This document shows positions 48,501 through 59,100 of a stretch of 64,000 nt of DNA, piece after piece. Both the position numbers and the translations under genes were made by a program. The stretch's first letter is position 1, and the number at the start of each line of letters is the position of its first letter. Under the pieces are notes generated by a model. It searched no databases, was not told where the DNA came from, and worked only from the letters and a program-made list of their open reading frames with translations. Origin of the DNA: an uncultured virus (IMG/VR IMGVR_UViG_3300042542_004481) (Duplodnaviria > Heunggongvirae > Uroviricota > Caudoviricetes); IMG/VR virus record IMGVR_UViG_3300042542_004481, positions 1 through 64,000 of that record; one strand, written 5' to 3'.

Positions 48501-51500
48501 GAGGCTTAACAATATCTGTACCGTTAGGCTTAATCAGAGTAGCAAAGTTATCTTCAAGCTCAAGGATCTCTTTAATGTTCCAGATGAGATCATTCTCAAC
48601 GGCTTTTGTACCATTGAGCTTACGAGCAAAATCTTCTTTAGAAGAAATCTTACCTTCTTCTCTAAGAATATCTGCAAGCTCCGCATCCAGATTTTCAGCA
48701 GTGTCTCCAAATATGCTAAATAAAAGACTATTAAAAGGTGCAAGATCTTCAAGAGAACCTGTAACAGGTGATACTTCTGTAAGAGCTCTTTCTTTTTCTA
48801 CATAGTATCTTTCATATTGAGCATAGAGTTTATCTACTTCTTGCTTAGTACGCTGCCTAGCCATAGTTATTCTACGAGATCCGTCTTCTTGGATCTCCGT
48901 AGTATATGATGGCATCATCACTGTAAGCTTATCAATGTCAAAGTCAGATCCCGATTTAGCAACAATCTCTGCCGGCGGCACTATGATATTACCAGCTTCT
49001 TCTGGTAAGAACTCATACACCTCCATAAACTCCATAGAGTTAAGACCCTGAACTGGAATACGCACACCGACCATCGTAATCATGCGCCGGTGATCCGCTG
49101 TATTTAACCACTCTTCATCTTGAAGCAAAGTGTTAAGCTTATCTACGGTACCTATTCTATTACCTTCTTTGTCGCGAAGATTAAGTAGTTTCTTAAACTG
49201 CCCTTGCATTGCAACTTTTACTTTCATAGCTGCAGTTGTACCGTCAGCTTTTTTATGATAAGTAGGAAGATCGTTTGTACCCCATCTCTTTCTCTGCTCA
49301 TCTGTAGGATTAGTATAATCTCTACCAGTAGAAGAGGCTGTTTCAAATCCAGCACCAGATACTTGAATAAGAGCCTCACCGTTTACTTTCTGCTTAATCA
49401 GTCGACGAGTAACAATAGAGTTAAGCATCTTCTCAATCTTCTCTGCAGACAGAGACATTGAAAAGTCATGCTTAATCTTATTTCCGCCATAGCCAAGATC
49501 TACAAAATCAATCTCGTGATCCGCCATCTCCTGACGAGTCATCTCTTTTCTTACAAACTCTAAAAGATTTTTCAGGCTACCTTCTGGTTTGCCATTAACC
49601 ATCTTCCAGTTCATCTCATCCAAAAGCTCTAGCTTCTTAAGCTCAGTAAGCTTCTGAACATTGCTCTCATACTTTTTATAAAGCTTGTATTTAGGAGATT
49701 CTCTTTCTCTAGCTTCTTCTGTTCTGAGGGCTTTCCATAGAGCTCGACGCTGATTGATATTTTTTACATCTTTGCGGAAATCTACAGGCACTCCTCCTTC
49801 AATAAGACCATCTTCAATAAGCTTTCGTAACTGAGTAGAGAAAGTAACCTTCTCTTTAAACTCCGGTGCAATCTCAAGCTGGTTCTTCAGATAATTTAAG
49901 AAGATTGTGTTTTTAGTAAAGGTTTCTTCAGAAATCTGGCGATCTCCATCAGAAGAATAAAGCTTATCATATACTGGATCAAAAGATGTAAAGCCATCTT
50001 TTTCTTTCTTCTTAGCCTCCTTAGTAATGGTACCTACTTTAGAACCTGATTGGAATAAAGCATAGTCAATGTTTTCATTGACCATCTTATCGTGTAGATC
50101 TTCAAGCTTGGTACCTTTGATTACTGTAGGTACAAGAGGAAATAAAGAAAACTTGTGGAACGCCGTAATAGGCAATCCTTCAGTATCGAGCGGTCCAAAA
50201 TACTGCAGCTTTTGAGGAGGGAAGAATTGAGTAAGTGTTCTATGATCGATATCTTGACCATTTATAATCTTCTGGTACATCTCCTCTTGCTGATCACTCC
50301 ACTTACCTTCTAGGTTAAGAAGTATTCTATAAGAGTCAAAAGTTATCCAACCTTGAGCATCTCCTTCATTCATCTTCTGGTACGCATATATCAAGCCTCC
50401 TTCAATAGGATCTGATACAGTACCAAGTTTGGTAATATTACCATCTTTATCTCTTTCCGCTCCAAGTACTTTAGCTTCTGCTTCCTGACGACTAACATTA
50501 GTACGAGCCATCTCATCTTTAATAAGAGCATCAGCATACTGACTAAAATATGTAGAACGGATTTCATTATCCCTTACAACAGCTGTGTTCATACGACCAT
50601 CAAAAGGATAGTCTTCTTGTTTTTCTGGGAATCTCTTTTTACGATATCCTCGGCCAAGAACTCCATTTACATAGTCCATAGCCAAAGAATCTGTACGATA
50701 AATTGTACCGGTAGAACCTACACCTGCGTTACGTTTATGGAACTCCTCTTTCTTCATGTTATAAAGAGCAGGATCACCATAGATAACAGATACAGATTCC
50801 ATATTGTGAATCCAACTGTTTATTACGAAAGATTTAACCAGGGCATTTTCTTGAGCTCCTGTTTTAAGATTATCAGACCCAAGATTTTCATTTCGGATTT
50901 GACCACTAAGTTTTGTCAAGACGCTTTTACCGACCAAAAGCTTACCATCGATACCTCTAGCATTCTTAAACATATCCATTACACGAGCCGTCTCTTTGTT
51001 AAAGTACTGAATCACATCAGTCTTCATCGCATTACGAAGAGCTCTTGCGTCTTCTGTATTCTGCTTAAGATACGTATCTAGGTCTTGATCTAGTTTAAGC
51101 AAAGCTTTCTTAGTATCTATAGTTAATACATCAGAAAAAGCTACAAATCCTCTACCGTTGGTCAGATACTTAAAGTCAAAATCTGTTGCACCGTCCTTGG
51201 CCATTTTACGGAGCTGTCTTATACGAGCATGCTCTGCATTGATATAACCAAGCATATAGTTGCTAAACATATTCTCATCTCCTTCACTATAACCAAGAGA
51301 CTGATTGTTATCATTTTTCAGATCTCTGAGCAACTGAATAGTAGGAACATACGCTGTAGCAAGTTGTCCAGCTTTTGTAGAAACTTTAGGATTGTATATA
51401 CGACTTACAAATACAGAAAAAGATGTTCCCTTATCAGCATGTCTCATAAGCTCCGGAGAACCTCTTAATATACTTAAGTGTAGGTCCATCAAAAGCTTTG

Positions 51501-54500
51501 TAACTACATCGGCCTTGGCAGAAGAAATACCTTTTTCATTTTCAAACTCACCATTTTTTTCTACAGCAACACCGCTAAGATTTTCTAATACAAACTTTAC
51601 AGGTTGTCCTTTAGGATCTAATCTTTTCTTTCCTATAATATTTCCTTCTCCATCAAGATCCTCCATATCAAATATGGAATTAAGCCATACAGAAGACTTA
51701 GCCCACGGGTTTCTCTTTACATCAAGATGTCTCATCCACGGTAAGTTGATAAGCTCTTGATAAGTAGATACATCGTTAACAGCATTGACCATAATAGTCA
51801 AAGAGTTATTCAAGGTATGTTCAAACTGAGTATTACCCTCAGCATTTGTAACCATGAAGTTTCCTCTGAGATCTGAGTATTTAGCTTCAGCTTCAAGAAT
51901 CTTATTCCAGTTTTGGCCTTCACCTTCTAGTTCAGGATATGTAACATCTCTGCCGTTATCATCTTTACCTTGAAAAGAAGGATACTTTTCTTTAAGATGA
52001 GAAAGTCTAGTAATCTTTACAGCGGGTTTACCCGAATTATCTCTTCTCTTATTAAGCTTACTAATTACATACCAAAAAGGTTTTGCATCAAACTGTTCAT
52101 CAAGAAGAGCATTTTCAATGTCAAGATTATCTTCCTCTAGTAAGAATCCGATATCTCTTAAAAAAGCTAACTGTTCTTTAGCTCCTGTAGGCGCTTTAGG
52201 GTAAGCTTTAATTACCTCAGCCATGTCCAGATAGTTTACACCATTTTTATCCGGTTTTATAAACCTAGTTTTAGCTGAAGCAAAGTAATGTTCCCAATCT
52301 GTAGCAACCCGTTTTATATTACCAGAAGATTGTCCAATCTTAATCTCGTATCTCCAGTTTTCAAAATTGAGAGCTTTACCTTCTTTATTTACATTAACAA
52401 TCTCTACACCAGCTTGTACAAGAGGTACACGAGATTTATTAAAAGTTTGCCAGAAGTTTGTCCAAAGATGCCATTCTGTTGTACCCGTTGTATCCACAGG
52501 GCCCATCTTATCCATAAGCTGAGCCATAGGGAAATCTTTGTTGTTCTTTCTGTATTCAGCTAACTTAGCAAACATAGTCTCAATGTTTAGAGTGTTTTGC
52601 AAAAGCTTTGCTGTAGCATTCCATACCCGGTCAAACGATTCAAGCTGAGGAACACCTGCTTTTTTCTTTACACCGTTTTCCTCATACTCATATTCTGTGC
52701 CAGGCATATATACCGGCTGACCGTTCTTGTCTACTTTGTGTAGACTACGCATTAAGAATAGAATCTCGGTACTCGCCATCTCTTGGTGAGAAAGCTCGTT
52801 ACCTCCCTTATCATATCCTTCTCTTCCTTTAGACCAAAGATCTTCTTCTTTAGTAACATCCTCATCAAAGAAACCTTCTTTTGTTTCAGGTTCAAGAACC
52901 TGAGACTTAAGCATATGATAAGCAATAACGCTGCGAGTATCCTCTCCTTTTTTAGGACGGTTCTCAAGAAGATTATCAACATTACCAAAGTTGTCAATGA
53001 ACCAATCTAGGCGCTGAACTTGTTTGGTAAGACTGTTTTTTACAACGTCTTCTGTAGCAGCATCCAACTTTGCCTTAAGAGCATTTCTAGTATTGATAGA
53101 TCTTTCTAGAACATGCTGATAAGCAAGTTTGAGACCTGCTTTTTTCTTAAGAAGAGTGCTGGTCCATTTATATGATATATTTCCTGATGATCTTTTGTTC
53201 TTAGAAAATTCATCTACAAACTCTGACATCAAAGAATCAGTCAACTCTACAAGATATCTAGAGTCTTCATAGCTCAAAGATTTTACAGAAGCATCTTCTT
53301 TGATAGCCATCATACCTTTTTCTAGTACTCCGAAAGTAGCGTTGTCTTCAGAGAATGTGTATTCGCTAAGATTTCCTACACGGAGTTTTTCATATAAAGT
53401 ATGAATAGTACGAAGAGCTTTAGAGTCTGCTACAACTTCGTCATAAGTAAGGTCGCCGAACAAAGCTTTTAAGAAATCAAGTATCTTCTGGAAGATAGTC
53501 TTCTTAACAGGCTGCGCAATATCTGCTTTTCCACCTTTGAGCATCCACTTACGAAAATCTTCAGCTAGATACTCTTCAAGCTGCTTTTCATCAGCATCAG
53601 AGAATTTAACAGTGTTTCCTTTGTAATCTACAAAGGATCCAGACATTTTACCAGCTTCTGCATACAAAGCTTTTTTCTGAGCAGGAGAAAGAAAAGCTTG
53701 AGTAAATCCATGCCATGCTTCGTGGTAGAGATCTGAGTAATCAGATCCTCTATACAAAGTAATACCTTGCATAGACCATGTAGCTACCGCACGACGATTT
53801 TTTGAGTTAACCATGGTAAACATGGCCTCAAAAGGAAAGTATTTACTAAGAGGATGATTTTCGTACCACTTACGGGCAGCCTCGATTTGAGCTTCAGTAG
53901 CTTTTAACTCATCTTTCTTTACATCTATGCCCTTATCAAGTTCTGGATTATTCATCGCATCTCGTAGAGCACTTGTCTGTACAGGAGGCACAGTAGCATC
54001 CGTAGTAGTAGATGTAGCAACTGGTGTTTCTACACGAGGTTCAACTCTCGGATTAATCTTTTCCATCGTAGAACTAGTAGGCTCAAATGATAGATAGGCA
54101 TTAAGACGGAAGAGCTGGCGCTGAGCGTTTAAAGGATAGTGTATGGTAAAGTTTTCTTTTATGTAATCGTTATATGGTTTTTCTGTTTGATTAACCATGA
54201 AACGATCGCCTTCTCTAGCAATAGAAAGATCAGAGAAATTTCTATTTAATAAATCGGCTTTGACGTTACCTTTAGGATACTGTACACTGTAATAAAGACC
54301 TGTAGCTGTATTATAAAAAATATCGCCAGGTTTTGTAAACTTAGATCTAGTTTGCGGATCATAAAAGTTTGTACCAGAAATAGCTTTACGCTTTTGAAAA
54401 TCTGTAACACTATTAGAATCCAAAGGTTTAGCTTGAACCTGAAGATTAGAAAGATAATTTTTTATTTCAGTCCTAGCTGTTTGACCCATGAGCTCGTTTT

Positions 54501-56106
54501 CAGCGAGCTCTTGAGCTGTAGGCGCAACTTCTCTATTGACAAAGTCTCCTTGTTGATTTTTATAAAGAGTAGGAAGAGATTGGTATATTACATTACCCAT
54601 CAACTTCACAGTAAAAGAACCATCTTCATTAGAGTAAACATCCAGACCTTCTTGTCTGGTCATGAAATACTGATTGATATAATCGATTCTTTTTTGAACA
54701 CTTACTTTAACAGTATCTCCAACACTATTCTTCTCTACAAGATCTTGAGTCATAAGGTTTGCCAAAAGATCTACCATATTGGGAGAGTCTTTTATTACAG
54801 GTCTCTCTAGCTCAATTTTTAATCCAGGTAACTGTTTTGTAGTAAATACAACTCTTCCTAAATCAACCACGCCTCCTTCTGTTTTAGCAGATTCAAATCT
54901 GATATTTTCACCTGCAAAATCAATAGAAGAAAGACGAGTAAAAGTATTAAAGTCCCAGTCAGCATAACCCATGCTTCCTCCCGTAATATCCATAAGAAGC
55001 ATCTCATCAGGATTATCCTTAAGAGCTTTACGAAGTTTCTGAACAAGCTCAAGATCTTTTATAATCTGTGCACGAGCTTCCTCTTTTGAAATTCTTTTCT
55101 GTCTAGCTAAAGCATCTATGCGACTGTAATCATCTGCTGTACCTGGTGTAACTGCTCTATACGGTTGCAGATTACCTTGCGCATCAAAGTTTCCAGAATA
55201 GAGTTGTCTGAAATAATAGTAACGAGGTGTTCCGTTTGGATCATACTCACCGTTATCATTAAAAAAAATAGGCTGACCGTATTTATCTGTTAGGACAAGT
55301 ACAGGCTCATTGGAATCATAGTTACTAGGCTTGTTTGCCTCTGCAGGTTGAAGATCTCTACTTAAGACTTTAGATCTGTCAATCTGATTAATAGGCATCA
55401 AGCGTAACTTTACGCCAGGCATACCTGGAACAATCTCTATCTTATTCGCATCTCTATCTACAACCGGAGAAAATAGTTTAGTTAAAACATCTCTAATTGT
55501 TTTAAAGAAAGGAACAAGAACAGGATTAGGCACATTGTAGTTTGGATCACCCTTTTTATCAGAAATAGCTTCTTGCGTTCTTGTAGCCATAATAGTAGGC
55601 TTAGCCGCATTAAACTGTTTCTTAGAAGAAGATGTCCTTAAATCAGGATCAGGTACCGGTTGATTAGCAGAAACAGATGGTGTTACGGGAGGGGCTTGAA
55701 CCGGAGGCTCTTGAGTCTGTTGTTGCAAACTCTCGTTCATATTACGAACATCACCGACGATATTAGCTGCTATACCTAAAGTAGTTTTAACAGCTTCCAG
55801 ACCTGTTTCCTCATTTCCAAAATCTCTTACCATCCGAGCTATTTCATCAAAGCTCACGTTTTTATCCATCAAAGCCATCTTGACATTTCTGTCAGCACTG
55901 GCTATCTGATCAATATAAAGAGGAGCCAGAGCCGCATATGTAAGAGCAAGATCTGAGTTCTGCGTCTTCTCTAAGACACGGTTATAGACAGAAGTAGCAT
56001 ACTCCTTTACACTGAAAGGAGTATTTTGCTCTGTTATGTCTAGTAAGTTCTTCGCAACCTTTTTTCGGAACTTTCGCTGTTGTTCTGTTGTTAATACGCA
56101 AATCAT
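45571..56106 (-). CDS. Virion-packaged RNA polymerase (crAss-type, 3511 aa)
   Basis: VRIPVQGLNS and GSDFDIDKL catalytic motif (48931-48945); YHEAWH zincin-like motif in the N-terminal part. Confidence 0.9.
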   Translation of the reverse strand: MICVLTTEQQRKFRKKVAKNLLDITEQNTPFSVKEYATSVYNRVLEKTQNSDLALTYAALAPLYIDQIASADRNVKMALMDKNVSFDEIARMVRDFGNEETGLEAVKTTLGIAANIVGDVRNMNESLQQQTQEPPVQAPPVTPSVSANQPVPDPDLRTSSSKKQFNAAKPTIMATRTQEAISDKKGDPNYNVPNPVLVPFFKTIRDVLTKLFSPVVDRDANKIEIVPGMPGVKLRLMPINQIDRSKVLSRDLQPAEANKPSNYDSNEPVLVLTDKYGQPIFFNDNGEYDPNGTPRYYYFRQLYSGNFDAQGNLQPYRAVTPGTADDYSRIDALARQKRISKEEARAQIIKDLELVQKLRKALKDNPDEMLLMDITGGSMGYADWDFNTFTRLSSIDFAGENIRFESAKTEGGVVDLGRVVFTTKQLPGLKIELERPVIKDSPNMVDLLANLMTQDLVEKNSVGDTVKVSVQKRIDYINQYFMTRQEGLDVYSNEDGSFTVKLMGNVIYQSLPTLYKNQQGDFVNREVAPTAQELAENELMGQTARTEIKNYLSNLQVQAKPLDSNSVTDFQKRKAISGTNFYDPQTRSKFTKPGDIFYNTATGLYYSVQYPKGNVKADLLNRNFSDLSIAREGDRFMVNQTEKPYNDYIKENFTIHYPLNAQRQLFRLNAYLSFEPTSSTMEKINPRVEPRVETPVATSTTTDATVPPVQTSALRDAMNNPELDKGIDVKKDELKATEAQIEAARKWYENHPLSKYFPFEAMFTMVNSKNRRAVATWSMQGITLYRGSDYSDLYHEAWHGFTQAFLSPAQKKALYAEAGKMSGSFVDYKGNTVKFSDADEKQLEEYLAEDFRKWMLKGGKADIAQPVKKTIFQKILDFLKALFGDLTYDEVVADSKALRTIHTLYEKLRVGNLSEYTFSEDNATFGVLEKGMMAIKEDASVKSLSYEDSRYLVELTDSLMSEFVDEFSKNKRSSGNISYKWTSTLLKKKAGLKLAYQHVLERSINTRNALKAKLDAATEDVVKNSLTKQVQRLDWFIDNFGNVDNLLENRPKKGEDTRSVIAYHMLKSQVLEPETKEGFFDEDVTKEEDLWSKGREGYDKGGNELSHQEMASTEILFLMRSLHKVDKNGQPVYMPGTEYEYEENGVKKKAGVPQLESFDRVWNATAKLLQNTLNIETMFAKLAEYRKNNKDFPMAQLMDKMGPVDTTGTTEWHLWTNFWQTFNKSRVPLVQAGVEIVNVNKEGKALNFENWRYEIKIGQSSGNIKRVATDWEHYFASAKTRFIKPDKNGVNYLDMAEVIKAYPKAPTGAKEQLAFLRDIGFLLEEDNLDIENALLDEQFDAKPFWYVISKLNKRRDNSGKPAVKITRLSHLKEKYPSFQGKDDNGRDVTYPELEGEGQNWNKILEAEAKYSDLRGNFMVTNAEGNTQFEHTLNNSLTIMVNAVNDVSTYQELINLPWMRHLDVKRNPWAKSSVWLNSIFDMEDLDGEGNIIGKKRLDPKGQPVKFVLENLSGVAVEKNGEFENEKGISSAKADVVTKLLMDLHLSILRGSPELMRHADKGTSFSVFVSRIYNPKVSTKAGQLATAYVPTIQLLRDLKNDNNQSLGYSEGDENMFSNYMLGYINAEHARIRQLRKMAKDGATDFDFKYLTNGRGFVAFSDVLTIDTKKALLKLDQDLDTYLKQNTEDARALRNAMKTDVIQYFNKETARVMDMFKNARGIDGKLLVGKSVLTKLSGQIRNENLGSDNLKTGAQENALVKSFVINSWIHNMESVSVIYGDPALYNMKKEEFHKRNAGVGSTGTIYRTDSLAMDYVNGVLGRGYRKKRFPEKQEDYPFDGRMNTAVVRDNEIRSTYFSQYADALIKDEMARTNVSRQEAEAKVLGAERDKDGNITKLGTVSDPIEGGLIYAYQKMNEGDAQGWITFDSYRILLNLEGKWSDQQEEMYQKIINGQDIDHRTLTQFFPPQKLQYFGPLDTEGLPITAFHKFSLFPLVPTVIKGTKLEDLHDKMVNENIDYALFQSGSKVGTITKEAKKKEKDGFTSFDPVYDKLYSSDGDRQISEETFTKNTIFLNYLKNQLEIAPEFKEKVTFSTQLRKLIEDGLIEGGVPVDFRKDVKNINQRRALWKALRTEEARERESPKYKLYKKYESNVQKLTELKKLELLDEMNWKMVNGKPEGSLKNLLEFVRKEMTRQEMADHEIDFVDLGYGGNKIKHDFSMSLSAEKIEKMLNSIVTRRLIKQKVNGEALIQVSGAGFETASSTGRDYTNPTDEQRKRWGTNDLPTYHKKADGTTAAMKVKVAMQGQFKKLLNLRDKEGNRIGTVDKLNTLLQDEEWLNTADHRRMITMVGVRIPVQGLNSMEFMEVYEFLPEEAGNIIVPPAEIVAKSGSDFDIDKLTVMMPSYTTEIQEDGSRRITMARQRTKQEVDKLYAQYERYYVEKERALTEVSPVTGSLEDLAPFNSLLFSIFGDTAENLDAELADILREEGKISSKEDFARKLNGTKAVENDLIWNIKEILELEDNFATLIKPNGTDIVKPLADELASKVTQYNPKQRLSGELSAEDAAELGEIPGQIAGTRIFEIGYNQYKHSSNNIGKQTLGLGAVDNTFNSIFNRIGAYLLPVAKVPTKRGSKQTFDVVQTLRVPHNTLDINGQQAISLSHIMAKDGNRISDVISQLINGWVDIAKDAWIFNIQGNKEIAPILLFMVQAGVPFKTAVYLASQPIVREYVEAQRRAKSTFGDMMGTAPEKGAMMFRVEARSKILSDGRFNFLEDLNLNARDVNKKAVFYKKTEDFLDRTLGATNEFSEADLKKEIEDHAEALEKGEEPKYSDVQKAAFLHFIQIEEMATAVRDVKMSMNFDTSKSDSLFDAQNRTLMLQKLRENGRLPEHLVDDILKETIIGSFYVQPFQLEIWKDLFPLRNSKVLNDWLAEKLASNIADDVNATFGDAEVFSNELRNDLVNFIFQNTLKNFNIGKLTHYKGEAVEDIMASKLNEAEKIKSLSIGVFFKDGKAYYDRRSLDRQYAGQLYNKAEYEELGLAKLPITTFSSKEEYFHYVFEREYLRSLYPKLSDVEKSAEYAWIAGNVKSNTKRKQGETDEAFASRLKTLSYEEFLKEKALENIFNTDKIFKGELSFADKLVMIKENYGKELAEQFSIIEALVPNSGGGVNNVVLKSKLDDPDKLNLYYENVVSLADPTVKKLEDPMANQMVSEFFAMLPLVGFLQSGMSTKSMFSINRAMPQDLFIRLMERPIKEYTEKLNPLALDFFYEKFLSQNSLSSRSKTRKRFKDYYSQDFSLDETYKLHKEGVKEYSPRPYAEEAKTLIGTNEDGVTVMSSSMINLDVATAMAAENPDSIFVFNDAFQAVPLTFPQRLLQDRNFRGLPISNKFGLPTYTVYSVTENSAVKDINGTIAPFMKQKIDDAIDSLKAEAERGMKLVFNSSGYGQEWIGNFIDPKYKDIRARAEQTFLYLSERLYKEFGYVNPGYDLTTQGKKTLQELQPITDDDVREFMLNCYR

Positions 56107-56107
56107 C

Positions 56108-59100
56108 TTATTGGCATCCTAAAGAGTTATCAAAATCATCTTCTATCTCAGCTGTAACAGCTGTACGAGCATCCTCAAGATCCTCGGTAATAGTATCTGT
56201 AGTATTCAGCTCAACCGCGTCATTAATAACTTGTACAGCGGCTGCTTGACTTTCAGGATCTACTGGAGGGATTACGTCAAATTGTTCCACAAATGGTTGG
56301 TCTTTATATAAGATTTTTTCTTTGACTTTGTCAGCTTTAACTGTAAAGACTCTTCCTCCGGGCTGACCGTAAGGACGAAGATATAAAGTATTATTTTCTT
56401 TTTTAACAACAACTACTCTAGATCCATTTTTCATGATCAAGCTTGTGTTTTCTTCAATATCCTCATACTTGATATCTCGGGCTAGCTGTTGTTTTCTTTG
56501 TTCAATAAGGCTTTCCAATCTGGAAACATCTGCTACACTTATCTCATCTTCGTAAATCGCTATAGAGATGGCGCTTTCCGCAGCGTCTAACTCAGACTTG
56601 CTTTCCGCATCAGCAATCATTTGCTCAAGCTCCTGCATGGTAGCTTGGTACAACATCTGAGATTGTTCTTCAGCGGCTCTTCTAGCGGATTCCTCCGCCA
56701 TACGCTTACTTTCAGCAAGCTGTTCAGCAGAAATATCATTATCAATAAGATATTGAGCTTCCGACTTAGTCATCCGGTTTACCTGATTCCAGTTGTAACC
56801 CAGATCTGAAACAAGCTGTTTCTTCTGCTGGTATTCAGCAGGTGTAGTATCTTCTACTGCAGCAGCCTCAGCACCATCTACAACTTCTTGAGTTGCAACC
56901 GGCTGAGCTTGAGGAACTGGTCCCAGTTTACTACGCCAGTATGCAGACTCTCTTTCCGAGAGATCTGTAATGTCTTGCGGAGTAAGAGACGCCATATCAT
57001 AGCCTAATCTATTGAGATAGTTTTTAGCATCTATCTTACCAGAGATAAAATCAAGAGCATGTTTAGCTGCAGTTTTAGCATCCGCAACAGCTCTTTGTTT
57101 TTCGGCTCCTCTGGCTTTTTGAATACCCTCTTCTGTAATACCTTCTGATGAAGCAATGTAATCTTCTTCAGTAACAGCATTGATAATCTCAGTTTCTTTT
57201 TCAGGAGTAACTTCTACTATACCGGTAGGGACAGCAGGAGCAGGGGTAGCTGTTGTAAGAGGAGCCCCTGTTGGTGTACCATAAGGTGTAGTCGGAGTAA
57301 ATGTTGCTGCTGTAGGAGCAGGAGTCGGTTGAGGAGCAACTTTTGTTCTATTGTATTCATTAAGAATCCTTTGTACTTCTCCGCTGCCCATCTGCAGATA
57401 CTGTCTAAATTCTGGGCTATTTGCTACCTCGTCATCTGTTTTAGAAGCAACGTTTTGATCCGGCCACTGTTCTGCAGTAAGGCTATCAGCCCCTGTACGA
57501 TCTTTAACAAAATTTCTATAAGACTGCACAAGAGCTGGCAATACACCCGCCGATCTGTATTGTTCAATACTTGATCCAGGATTAAGCGTAGCTCCTGCTG
57601 TAGGTCCGGTAGACGGTCTGCGACGACCAGGACGTATCTTTTCTCCAACTCTTTCTGGCTGAGCCACGCTCTGACCATGGATAGTTTCGATGTAGGATGT
57701 AGCAATATTAAGAGCTTCCTTAAGGAGAGTATTATCCTTTGTTACTCCAAGAATCTGCGACAGCATATACTGAAGCATATTCAAAAACTCTTTCCAAACA
57801 GTTTTGCCTGTAGTTTCGTATTCTATTGTATCAAGCCATGCCGCAAACCTAGGATTTGTAAACATCTCAGCAAGAAACTCATGTTCATTTTTAAGACCAT
57901 AGAAAGGTTTTGATACAGCATAACCATATACCATTTCATCAGAAGGACGATTAGTCTCATACTCTTTGATAGCTCTATCCATAAGCTTTTTAATAGCCGC
58001 TTTGAACTGAGGGTTTTTATCTAGTTCAAAGCTGGTAATCTCATGGATAAGCTCATGAAGAAAAACTGTTTCAATAGCTTTTGAATCTCCTCTATAGTCT
58101 GAAGAAAAATATCTAGGATCTATAAAGGTTCCTGTTTTACCATCAGCACTATATTGAAAGTATCCGCCTAGGCTAAGCTTCTTAAAGGTTATTACACTCT
58201 CCTTAGATACAATACCTAAAAGACGTCTAGCAAGAGCTTTTTCCCGGTAAGTAGAATACTTACTATCGATTATTTTTTGTAAAATATCTCTAGTTTTAAC
58301 TTTAGTTTCTACAGAAGGGTCAAGATTAAAGCCATATTCTTTGGCAAGATCCTCATATGTTCTGACGTCACCTTTGATTTTATTACGGGTTTGTCCAGAA
58401 AACATAAGAGCATCCATCCGCATCTCTTCTTCGGGTATAGGCTTCTCTGTAAATCGAACTCCTTGTGCAGCTTCATACTTTTCAAATAGATCAAGGATCT
58501 TTTTATAAGTATCAGATTCAAAAGGAACCATTTCTTTTTCGCCGGCAATGTAGTAGAAAACAGAAGGTATCTTTTCTTCAAGGATAGCTTCCATACCTTT
58601 TTCATCTACAAATACTCCCATCTCATAAAGCTTTGAGAAAAGCTGGCTCTTATGCATACCTGCTAAGAACTTCTTATAGCTTTCTTCAATCTTAGCTTTA
58701 TTTTGACGCTTAAGTTCTCCAGCAAGTTGAGCAATACGACTAGCGTATTCTGTAAACTTACTAGGATTGTGCAGGATGTCAACAGCTGCTGCATAAGACT
58801 CTCGGTCAACTCCTAAAGCATAGTAATCTTTGAGCTTCATAAAAGACTCATCAATACCAGCATCTATTGCTACTTCACCTTTAGCTCTAGAAATATATTT
58901 GACAAATTCTCTATAGTTGTCGTAAAGGTTCTGTGTAGCACTAGTTAGTATATCCTCTTCTCTTTCTCCCTCAAGTATTTCTAAACTGCTTACCTTACCG
59001 ATAAGACCGCCGTTTTCATCATAAGCTTTGCCCTTTTTAATCTTAGCAACAACAGCTTCCCGGCCTTTTTTATTCTTGACTTTTGTACCTTGTTTTACTT